Assembly (NCBI RefSeq): GCF_964355755.1
Contig: NC_092675.1
Span: 8,055,812 to 8,119,811, forward strand
From: Antedon mediterranea
Lineage: Eukaryota > Animalia > Echinodermata
Length of the DNA stretch: 64,000 nucleotides
Direction: 5' to 3'
Shown: in pieces, positions 13,858-25,300 of the stretch
Position numbering within the stretch: the first letter of the stretch is position 1
How the letters are laid out: every line of letters begins with the position of its first letter
Notes under the pieces: model-generated
What the model was told of the DNA's origin: nothing
Seen by the model: only the letters and a program-made list of their open reading frames with translations
Databases searched by the model: none
Made by a program: the position numbers and the translations under genes

Positions 13858-16678
13858 ATGTTACTCCTCAAGAACAGCCTGTTCGTTCTATTTGTAGTTA
13901 TCGGAGTTGCTCATGTCCGAGCATTCCCTCAAACTCAAAGTAAGTTCTGCGTATTTATTTTTCATTATGATACCATACCGCTACAGTCCAGACTAAGTAT
14001 AGTTATGCCATTATTACAATGTTTGAAGTTTTAGTTTAGCTCCTTAGCAATAGTGCGATTTAAACTTGTAAAATTGCAATATCAATAGGAATTGCTCTAT
14101 GGTGGTATCAATTACGATAGTTGATTTATTTTAATCGTCTTTAAAATTTAATTTTAGTTTCTTGTTTGCTTATAAATATTATTTGTTTATAGTTTCTTGA
14201 CTTAAAGAGACAGTGAACCTCCATTCCCTTATTCCTGAACCATGAGTTCACTGTTGTTCGGGAAATGAAATAAATAAGTAAATACATTTTTATTTTTAAT
14301 TCATTACTTTTTGCGGTATTTTATGTAGCCATTTTTCATGTTTGTGGCCAATGAGTCCTCTACTACCAATTTAAAAAAAAAAGTTATAATGCAATAATTT
14401 AATACATTTTTATCATGTTATTATATATCGTTTTAGTATTATTTTTGCGAATGGTCGCATATCTGTATTTCTGGTGTTCAATTATATGTATTGTTTGTCT
14501 GGTAATGTCTTAAAGACGCGCAATTAAAATGCTATATTGCGAAAAATCATTCTAAACATTTTCGATTTTTTTACATAGCGCGCGCAATTTTGCGCACGCA
14601 GCTCATAAGCAACATAGAAAGGCCGTTTTTTTGGCAATCGATTTTTGCTTTTCATATAATCTGTAGCAGATTGCATTCATTTTGATGAACTTTAATTGCA
14701 AAATAACGGCGCAGGTACACGTTGTAGGCCTACTTGAATAATCGTGTGTTTAAAAATGGATAATTTACTGCAACCTGTTTTAAATTCAGAATATGACTGG
14801 TGTCCTCCAATTTTAGAAAACAATGTTATTGGAATCTGAGTCGTAGATATGAATTAATGTAAAATGTATACCTACCGGATGTTTTTGACTTGACCATATG
14901 ACCACGCGAAAATCAACGATTATAAATATAATGTCTTTGTTTAAATGGTTAAACAGGCAAGAACTGCGACATCGGTACGTAATTTTTTTTGTCAGGTAGA
15001 CTTTAGGAGAGTTCAAGCCTGCTTTTTAAAAAGTTATAGCCTACAATTGTTGTTGTCTGGAGGAGAACGCCATTTCTCATATCCTATCCGTTTCTGACAT
15101 CCATGGGGTTTGTTAACAACTCCCTGGTTTAAATTGACTGAAATCTATTTTATTTCAGATACAGACGAGTGCCGCTCTGACCCTTGTGAAAACGGCGGGA
15201 CTTGCGCTCAGAGTCGTCCAAACGGAGGCTACACATGTACATGTATTCCTGCCTACATTGGTGACAGATGTGAGACTGGTAAGTTATCAATAAATATCTA
15301 AACAATAATATTACACATCCATATGATTATAGTTGTGACTAATCGAAACATATTGTTAGTAGTAAAATAATACATTGACAGATATTATTAATCTTACAGA
15401 TATAAATGAGTGCGACAGCAACCCATGTCAGAACGGAGCTACATGCATTAATTTGCTAAACATGTTTTGGTGCAACTGCGCCCCTGGTTTCCAAGGATAC
15501 ACGTGTGATCAAGGTACTAACGCTGATTTCATTCACCCAAAATATTTTGTAATATCGTAATCAGGCATCATGTTTAATTTTGAATTCAAGTTATTTAGAA
15601 TAAAGCTTTGTAAAATATATACTATCTTTAATTGAGGATTAAGAAGCAGCATTTTGTATTATACCTATAAAACTGTGAACAATCCTTCATAACGGTGACT
15701 GTCTAGTGTTCCTGAATCTAAACCATAGACTTTAGCTCCCAAACGCAAGCAGACAATAGTTTGTAAACGTAAGTAACCTCGCAGTCAAAAGTTGTCTTGT
15801 GTAGACTAGGCTCTACTAGGAAACTTGATCAAACTTGTGTTTACAAACTGCGAGTTACCTTACATCAAGCGTGTAATAGGTTTACATTTTACATTACATT
15901 TCCAGAATGTAACCAAGCACAAACTGGTGACGTCTACTGCAATGGAAAAGATGACGGTAACTACGAATACCCAGGTGATTGTGGTAAATTTGTTCAATGT
16001 TCCGGTGGCGTAAGTTCTGTCACAACATGTGTACCAGGTTTAGTCTACTCTGTTGAGAATGACGAGTGCGATTATCCATTAACAGTTGGACCATGTGCCC
16101 AGGCTGCTCAAGTTGGAGACTTCTGTTCTACAAAGAGTGCTGTCGGCTTATACAAGGATCCATCAAACTGTGAAAAGTTCTACCAATGTTCAAATGGCAA
16201 AACGTATCACCACAGTTGTCCAACTGGTTTAGTATATAACGAAGTAGTCGAAAAATGTGACCATCATTCCAATGTACCCGGATGTGCAGAACCACAAATT
16301 AAATTCGATCCATTTTGCTGGGATAAAGATGATGGAGCATACGCAGATCCAAGAAACTGCAACATGTATTACTGGTGTGACGATCAGATAGCTTTTCATT
16401 ATGCTTGTCTTGAAAACCAGGCTTATAATGCGTATCAGAATACTTGTAACAGAGAAAGTGGTTGCCACAGCTTAGAACCTCAATACCAACAACTAGACGC
16501 AGAATGCGAAACTGCTAATGGTTACTTTCCAGACAACAATTACTGCAAAGGATACTACGTATGCATCCTAGGCTCTGCCCAACGTCTTGAATGTGATGGA
16601 AATCTGGTTTTCAATCCACAAACCAAGAAATGCGACTTTGTTTCCAATGTTCCAGAATGTCAACCTGAAGATCAGTAG
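13858..16678 (+). CDS. Gene B: predicted secreted protein of signal peptide + 2 EGF + 4 ChtBD2 (362 aa); deletion-derived paralog of gene A, possibly a pseudogene
   Basis: Exons 13858-13939 ([27 protein letters not shown]), 15159-15278, 15400-15513 and 15906-16678 splice in phase 1 into an uninterrupted 1089-nt ORF. 14912-16673 is nearly identical to parts of gene A, including a broken half-exon at about 14912-14974. Confidence 0.6.
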
Positions 16679-17526
16679 TTAAAAGGCGTTTACAGTCCAT
16701 TTATAGGCTGTTTTTACAAAATTGTAAATCAGTTGTACAAATTACTGAAAAACAAATTACTAGGAAGTATGAAACAATAGGTATTGTGTTTCGGGGTATA
16801 TAACAATAGAGGTATTACCGTAAATAATTTAAATTAGTTACATGCTATCATGTTGTGTTGGTAAAATTTAAAGTGGGTTAATTCAGTATGTTGCCTACTA
16901 TATGCTGTATAATTTAAATTGTACAACTTTTAGTCCAGTTTTACAAAGTACTGACAAGTTAATGACTACGGAAGTATAAAACAATAGGTGTTTTGATAGT
17001 ATAAAACAGGTGTGATGTTTCGGATATATAACAATATAGGTATTATTTAATTTGATTACTTGACATCATGTATGGTCGGAAATTTGAAAAGGAGATACTT
17101 ATGTATGCACGTGCATGAGTATTTTGATTAATTAAAAAATAAATAATAAGATCGTTAAAGGTGTCTTGATAGAACAGGCCGACATATAATTAATACTGGT
17201 ATTTTATAACAACGACAAAAATAAAAAGATAAGAATATAATGAGTATGTCTTGATTGAACTATACCGGAAATTATAACAATAGAGCTTCGCGATGCATGA
17301 ATTGTGTGACGTCAAGCAAGATGTTAGTTTCACTATTTTTCAAAAAAAGTAAAACAAATAATTATTATTTCTAACTTTAAATTAACTTTCATTTTCAGTT
17401 AAATGGTTTACGTTTTACATAGAGAATTTGTTGTTTCCTTTTAAAATAAAACAAAACGGAGGTAAAGAGGAACGCTACTGACATCATGCATAAATTATTT
17501 TAGTGTGTATGGTAAAGGATGACTAA

Positions 17527-17786
17527 ATAGAGGCACGTAAAAGTAATGAAATAGATTTTACTCGGACGCTAATCAAATCGGATCAGCGGCAGATGATTTC
17601 CCCATATTTTAAGTTTCCAGTACACAAAATATCGAGAGAAAATTTAGATTGTGATTACATTCAACTTCTTGATAAAAGCTCAGCTGATACTTTGTATAAA
17701 CAATGTGAGGAAGAGATTGATTATTTTAAGGTGATCTTGCAAAGGTGAAAGTGTTTGGTAGATGGTTTAATATACCTAGAAAACAG
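17527..17786 (+). pseudogene. ALKBH2: Orphan ALKBH2-like exon fragment with a 1-bp frameshift
   Basis: Translates as HKISRENLDCDYIQLLDKSSADTLYKQCEEEIDYF(fs)GDLAKVKVFGRWFNIPRKQ, then a GTTAGT donor. This resembles ALKBH2 from memory (LDCSY...EVEYFTGALARVQVFGKWHSVPRKQ). There is an in-frame stop at 17524 and no other exons were seen. Confidence 0.75.
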
Positions 17787-18384
17787 GTTAGTTTCTCTTT
17801 ATATTTCTTCATGATGTTAATATAGGCTACATACTATTACGTTTAAAATAATGCATGTTTACATTTTAATTACCGGCCTACCGCACTGTTTCCTCGCGAT
17901 CTGTGTGAAAACGCCTTCTTAACTGTTACAAGTTGTAAACAATCCTAATTAACATCATGCATAATGTATACTCATGGTTTGAAATCATTGTTTACTTTCG
18001 CTCGCAACTATTTTCCAGACGAAATGTAATACAATTAATTTAGCTGTTAATTACGTAAAATTGTTGTTTTTGGCTTGAATTTTCGACTTAAAGTGAATAA
18101 CTTTATTATTACTTTGATGTGGCCAATAAAAATTTAGTATATTTTGACCTTCATTTTTTTGTCTTTCAAGGGACAATACATCTTTAAATAATTGCTCTTA
18201 TTACTGTGGTTGTTAATACAGTATATATTCACAATAAATATCGAATAAAGTATGTTAACGTTTAAAGATGTATTGTATCCCCCTAAAAACGAATAATGTG
18301 TTTGTTTGAATATTTTAATGTCACATAATAGTTATTCATTCGCCTAAACAATATTATTTACCTGAAAAATGTAATTTAAAGCAA

Positions 18385-18560
18385 AACAAGGCCAACAGCC
18401 ATAAGTCGCGTGCTAAAACGTATAGTGATACCGGACCGACAGACAGACCGACAGACCAACCGACCGACATAGTGAACTATAGAGCCGCGTCTGTCGGTCT
18501 GTCGGTCGGTCCGGTATCACTATGCGTTTTAGCACGCGACTTATGGCTGTTGGCCTTGTT
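18385..18560. mobile_element. Palindromic fusion of two short HINE/DINE-1-like elements
   Basis: AACAAGGCCAACAGCCATAAGTCGCGTGCTAAAACG... at 18385 and its reverse complement ending at 18560; (GACA/GACC)n microsatellite inside. Confidence 0.7.
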
Positions 18561-19245
18561 ATCTATGGACGTGATTTACTTTATCAAACCAAAATGACCT
18601 ATATTATTCAGTGTTAATATATGTTTTGGTATCGGAAAATGTCATAGTTTACATGCATTAAATACACTCATTTTGATAGCTAAACGATTTATATTCAACT
18701 GTAACCTTTCAGAAGACCCACTGTATCTATATATAAATTATGGTTCATTCTGACATAGGCGAGCACAATGCAAAAACTTCGGCGGTACAAATATCCGCCT
18801 TGGATACCTACCTGATCTATCTCAGATGTACCGCGAAACGTAGATTTGATAACATTAGTTTTCACATCGACGCTATTGTTCCATATTTCTATCTTAGGAA
18901 GATATTATAAAGTTTTTAAACAAAATTTATGATTTCAACAGTAGATTTTCAACTCAATTTCCATTCTTCGCGGGTCAAAGTAATTTCCGGGTTCACCTTG
19001 CAACAACCTGGTTTCAACTATTTTCTCTCTTTTATAAACAAGGGAGCAGTTAAAATAATAGATTTGACCCTAAAGGTAACTGGAAACAGGCACTTTCCAT
19101 CAATCAATACACAGTGTCCCTAGGGACTCCCTTTGGAAGAAGGAAGAAAAAAACCGATAGTAAGGCTATGTTCAGACCCATGACGTTAGACCGTTTTAGC
19201 GTACAACGTTACTAGCAAGGTCACGTTACAAACCGCATGAGAGAA

Positions 19246-20084
19246 AACAAGGCCAACAGCCATTAAGTCGCGTGCTACAATGCATAGTGATACCGGACCG
19301 ACAGACAAACAGACCGACAGACAGACAGACAGACCGACAGACAGACGGACCGACCGACATAGTGAACTATACTGACCGAAATTACTGAACATGTTTAAAA
19401 ATGTTGAAATGTTTAAAAACATTTATATTTCTTTAATTTACACGTGCGTAGCCTGTCACTTTTGACGTGCTCGTATAACGTAATTTCGAGTTGAAAAGTA
19501 AGTCAAGAAAACAGAAATCGGGCAAAAAGAGTGCGCAATAACATTTAACGCGCAGTGCGCGCGCAAAAATCTGCGCACTCATGGCAATTTTGTAAACGCT
19601 TAAAATTGCCTGAAACGTACTCTTATTTCATCGAAAATAAATTTTGAACATTTTAAGCGCGCGTACGCATGCGTTACATGCGCTACGCACGTAATTGTAT
19701 TGCCATATGATGATTTATGCCCTGAAATTTATGAGTACCAAATTTTATTTAATTGTGATTCATGGTTGTTAAGATATGATTACAAACGTGATTTCGTTAA
19801 ATCGTGCGTAGACCGCGTAATTTTTTATTGCTTCACCGTGAAAACATAACCACATCGATTCCTGGCCATAAGGAATATACTGTGAAAAATTGACTTAGCC
19901 AGATTAAACTGATATCAAGATAAGGTCATAAAGGGATAAAACGCATAGTGATACCGGACCGACAGACAGACAGACAGACAGACCGACAGACAGACAGACC
20001 GACAGACAGACCGACAGACAGACAGACAGACAGACCGACCGACCGACATAGTGAACTATAGAGTCGCTTCCACGCGACTAAAAA
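19246..20084. mobile_element. HINE/DINE-1-like non-autonomous Helentron with (GACA)n microsatellites
   Basis: Same head as 18385, subterminal AGTCGCG, terminal hairpin AGTCGCTTCCACGCGACT followed by an A-run, no TSD. Confidence 0.75.
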
Positions 20085-22315
20085 TGATTGTGATTAGTCT
20101 ATCCAGTCCAGTCAAAGATATATATTCTTTGGTCCAGTCGGTTGAAAATAACCCTTAACTTGCTAATAAAAGGGACACAGCTCCCCTGGCCGCGATTTTT
20201 TTTTTCGTACATAAGTTGGGGACCCCCTCATGAAACGTCACAAAATAAACATGAATGTGCACCCAAGCGTATAGCAACAAGAAGTGATTACACAAGTGCG
20301 GTACGATTCTAGGCCTATCTCCGCGCTGTTGTTGCGGCGTGCGATTCCATAGAAGAATAGCGGCGTTTTGTGTGGATTGTCGAAATAATCAGCCTTTAGT
20401 TTATGATAGTGTTTTTAATATAATTTATTACTAAAGAATTACGTGTTAAAATTATAGTTTCTATTAATACTATTAGGCCTAGGCCTAATTATTAGTCTCT
20501 AAACATATGTCTATTCTAGTAGAGCTGTGTGTGTGTGTGTTATAGGTATGACACAATCCGAGTAATAAGTCAGCAAAATTAAACAATAAACATTACACAA
20601 AAATACATTTTTTATTCTCGTGGGTCTAATCTTCCCATCTCATGTGTTCATATACGCGCATTTTTAAAGTTCCTTTGAGTACATGCATTGTTTGATAATA
20701 AAATAGCAGAATTAAAAAAAATACAGTACACAAATTATACACATTCTTTATTCTTGTGGGTCTAAATATCGTTCTGATGATTAACGAAGGTGACCATATC
20801 CTAAAGTTTTCAACTTATTTGGTCACTTTCCTCACTCATCATACTTTTTTTAATATCTAAATATTTAAGTAAAATGTATATTGATATGTGTGGAAAACAA
20901 TTAATAAACAAACAAACAATGGTACAAAAAATGGCATTTGGTGAATGATGAATTATATGAAGATATTATAACCTTTCATCATTCACCAAATGCCATGACA
21001 GGAATCTATTTAGATGTTAGTATAATAATGAAAAGCTCACGTTATAGGTTATTGACATGATACACATAAAACCGACTCCTTATTGTGGAAACTTTTCAAA
21101 GAACCTAACAAATATATTGATGATTATATCCCTTTATTCAAATAAGTCTTCCGGTTTCATTTTTTTGTGTTAAACTTATTGAACCTTCCACTGCATTCAA
21201 ACGTGTATACTTGGTTCAAGTAATACACTATTTAGCAAATAGCTTGCAATAATTGTATTATAGATATAGTTATCATAAAATACATAAAAGGTTTAGTCTT
21301 GGTATTAAGCATTTAATCCTATTATATCCATTTTATTGGAAAGTTTTAAAAGATCCAAATATGACTATTCTTACTATTCATTTATTTGTATGATGTCCGT
21401 GTTTTTTACTCATAGTGACATAGGTTATTCACTTCAGAAGACGGATTCTTACAAAAGAGTCTAATGCTGTTATTCTTCCTATCTTATTGTACAATAACCT
21501 TTTACCTATCAATGTATTTGTGAGATATTTGATAATAATATAGAATCTATTATTCTTTTTTGTCGCATTGCTGTCATATTTAGGTATCATACGGTAATTA
21601 TTAGTTTTCCATATATTTTATTTGTACTCCTTTACCTGGAAACATAATAAGAGGCCATTAACTCTTACTAAAAGACAAATCATAGTTATATAAGGAGCCG
21701 ATAATCTGGTTTCGCACAAATCTTTCCTGTTATTCTCTTGATTTAACATAGAAGATATGTTCATGTTTGGTACTTACCGGTACTAATATTGTAAGCAATA
21801 ATAATGCTAATCATAATATCACACGATAGGTTATTGACATGACATATATTGTATAAAAATTGTTGGAAAGTTTCCAAATAACTATTCATTACTATTCATT
21901 ATATCTATGTGTTGGTATGAAGATTTTTCCGTGATTTTGTCGTAATATTTTACCTGGAAACCCATATTTTACCCAGATAGTTGGTCATTTACTTCAACAC
22001 ATATTTTGAAGACGAATTCTTACAAAAGAAGTTGATGCTGTTTTGTCTACCTTATTGTATAGTTACCTTTTACCTACTGTAATAAACATATTTAGTGACG
22101 CAAATAACGCAAGTAATATCTAGGCCTATAATAATACCATTAATAAAATCATTCTTCACACTTAAATGATTTATTATACCGTTTCTAAAAACGTAAATTC
22201 TTGCATATGTCACATGTCTATCATTTGGGTTTTATATTTTTGCCACATATTGTTGTTGTAATCCCTACCTGGAAACATAATAAGAGGCCATTCCCTCTAC
22301 TAAAAGACGTATGGT

Positions 22316-22322
22316 TATAAAA
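22316..22322 (+). promoter_or_regulatory. TATA box of gene C
   Basis: TATAAAA about 80 bp upstream of ATG 22398. Confidence 0.5.
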
Positions 22323-22397
22323 GGAGCCGTTACTCTGGTATCGTACAAATTGATAAGTTTGATTCTCTTGATAAGTGACATACAACTTACAAGCAAG

Positions 22398-25300
22398 ATG
22401 TTACTCCTCAAGAACAGCCTGTTCCTTCTATTCGTAGTTATCGGAGTTGCTCATGTCCGAGCATTCCCTCAAACTCAAAGTAAGTTCTGTGTATTTATTT
22501 TTCATTATGATACCATACCGCTACAGTCCAGACTAAGTATATTTATGCCATTATTACGATGTTTGGTGTTGTTTAAATTTAGTTCAGCTCATTAGCAATA
22601 TTGCGATTTAAACTTGTAAAATTGCAATATCAATAGGAAGGGCTCTATGGTATCAATTACGATAGTTGATTTTCTTTAGTCGTCTTTATTTTTAGTTCGT
22701 CTTGTTTGCTTATAAATATCATTTGTTTATAGTTCCATGACTTAAAGAGACAGTGAACCTATATAACTCACAATCTAAAGGTCACAGTAATCTAAATTAG
22801 CTTTCCTGTTATGTTTATAATATATAATATATAAACACAGCAGGCAAAGAACATTAATTATTAATCAATCACCCTGTGATATACTGAAACTTAATTAATT
22901 AATTTGAAACGATAAAGATGAGGAAATCTGTGAGAATGAGAAAAATTCGCTCCAACCGAGACTCGAACTCGGACCGTCTGCTTGATATGCAGTGGTATTG
23001 TTCAAACTCGATTGGATAGCGACTCTTTAACATTCTCGGCGTGGTACGGCGGTACGGCGGAACAGCACTAGTCCTCAGTTGTACGTACGCGCAACAGAGA
23101 TCAAATTGATACCCCCTCATATTTCAGTATTTTTATTTACGAGGCGGGATCTCCAAAAAGATACTTTTATATATATAAACACAGCAGGCAAAGAACATTA
23201 ATTCTAAACCGCCCGGTGATATACTGAAATTTAATTAATTAATTTGAAACGATAAAGATGAGGAAATCTGTAAGAATGAGAAAAGTCGCGCCAACCGAGA
23301 CTCGAACTCGGACCGTCTGCTTGATATGCAGTTGCCCTAACCATTAGACCATTAACATTCTCGGCGTGGTACGGCGGAACAGCACTAATCCTCAGTAGCA
23401 CGCACGCGCAACAGAGATCAAATTGATACCCTCTCATCTTTCATCTATATAATATATATATATATATATATATTTTTTTTTTTTTAGTCTGTGAACTAAA
23501 CCCATGTCAAAACGGTGGAAAATGCGAAGTTGGCGCAGTAGTAGGTTACAGATGTGTTTGTCTCAGCGGCTACAATGGTAGACATTGTGAGAAAAGTGAG
23601 TTTTAAATACTGTGGATGAAGGCAGCTTTAGAAATTTTAAATACCGAACATATTATACAAAAACATTTTGCTTGTTCAAAACTATTAAAAAAAATCGTAC
23701 ATAGAATTTCCTTATTAAGGCCCATTTACACTATGAGGATAACGATCGACGATAAATAGACAAATGTTCATTTTTCATACATAAAACAAAAGAAATATAA
23801 AAACTTTTCATTCTAGAACTATAGAATAACCATCTATGCTTCCCTTGATGAAAATGATATTTTCACACGTCCAATCAAATGACGTCATGATTAGTAATAT
23901 CGTGACAATACAACGATTTTATTGTTTTTATTTATCATGACGTCATTTGATTGGAATTTTAAAAATATTATTTTGATCAAAGAGAGCTTAAATGATTATC
24001 CTATAGTTCTAGAACGAAAACCTTTCTAATTTATTTTGTTTTATGTAAAAAAATGCATGTTTATATATTTATCGTCCTTCATTATCGTCCTAGTGTAAAT
24101 GGGCCTTTACACTGAACGTTTTTTTTCTTTTTGGTGGGGGTGTCCCACATTTATTCCCATATGCATAAATAGGCCAATACAGATTAAATAAATAGGGTTA
24201 TTACACTTAATGGGAAGCATTAAGACATGGCATACCAAATTAGCGTAGGTAGCCTATTTAAAAGCTTGCACTAATTCCCTGCTTTTTATATTTTCATTAC
24301 AGAGTGTAACTTGCTATTTTTTTCTTAATTCATTACTTTTTGTTTGTGGGTTAAGAGTCCTCTACTACCAATTTCTAAAAATGTATAATGCAATAATTTA
24401 TTAAATTTTAATCATGTTATTATATATTGTTTTAGTATTATTTTTTTAATAACTGCGAATTTTGGCATAACTTCATTTCTGGTGTATATAGTATTGTTTG
24501 TCTGGTAATGTCTTAAAGTGTATACTTATACTGAATGCTTTTTTGCATTTTTTTTCAATAGTAATATTATAATATTAGGCTTACTAAAATAAATAAAATA
24601 CTTCGTGAATTTCTGCGCGTTTCAGGTCATTCTAAACATTTTCGATTTTTTACGTTGCGCGCGCACTTTTGCGCACACAGCTCGTAAGCAGCATAGAAAA
24701 GCCGTTTTTGCAATTGATTTTTGCTTTTCACATCATCTGATAGAAGATTGCATTAATTTTGATGAACTTTAATTGCAAAATAACGGCGCAGGTACACGTT
24801 GAACTTGAATAATCGTGTGTTTAAAAATGGGTAATTTAATACAACCTGTTCAATCCAGAATATGGCTGGTGTCCTCCATTTTTTTAAAATTATTATGGAA
24901 GCTGATGAGTTGTAGATATGAATTAGGCCTAATGTAAAATGTGTACCTACCGGATGTTTTGACTTGATCACGCGAATTTTTAAAACAGGATTTTGTCTCT
25001 TTTGCACTATCTAATCCCATTTAATAGAGCACATAGCGCTCATGCGTACCTCATTTCTCCTAGATTTTAATATGATCTTGCTCAATCAATTCTCTTTTAC
25101 ATAAGTTGCAAACTTATTTAATTACGCAAGGTACTTAATTTCATCCATACAGTATATATTAATCTGTTATAGCTTCTCAGAATGAAAAATGATCCACATG
25201 ACTTTTAATGAAAGCTGTTGATTTGTAGATCAGAATTCATATAAAAATGTTGTCTATTAGATGTTGTGACGTCATCATATGGTCAGTGGAATTTAAAACG

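Larger units (their letters stand above)
10742..14220 (+). repeat. Segmental duplicate of the upstream/first-exon block (paralog at about 21390-22760)
   Basis: Near-identical sequence to 21390-22760 apart from two TE insertions (11444-13047 and 13116-13636). Confidence 0.9.

Noticed and set aside
22960-23350. Functional tRNA genes
   Set aside because: Only a partial cloverleaf, the A box is disrupted in one copy, and both are embedded in a larger repeated unit.
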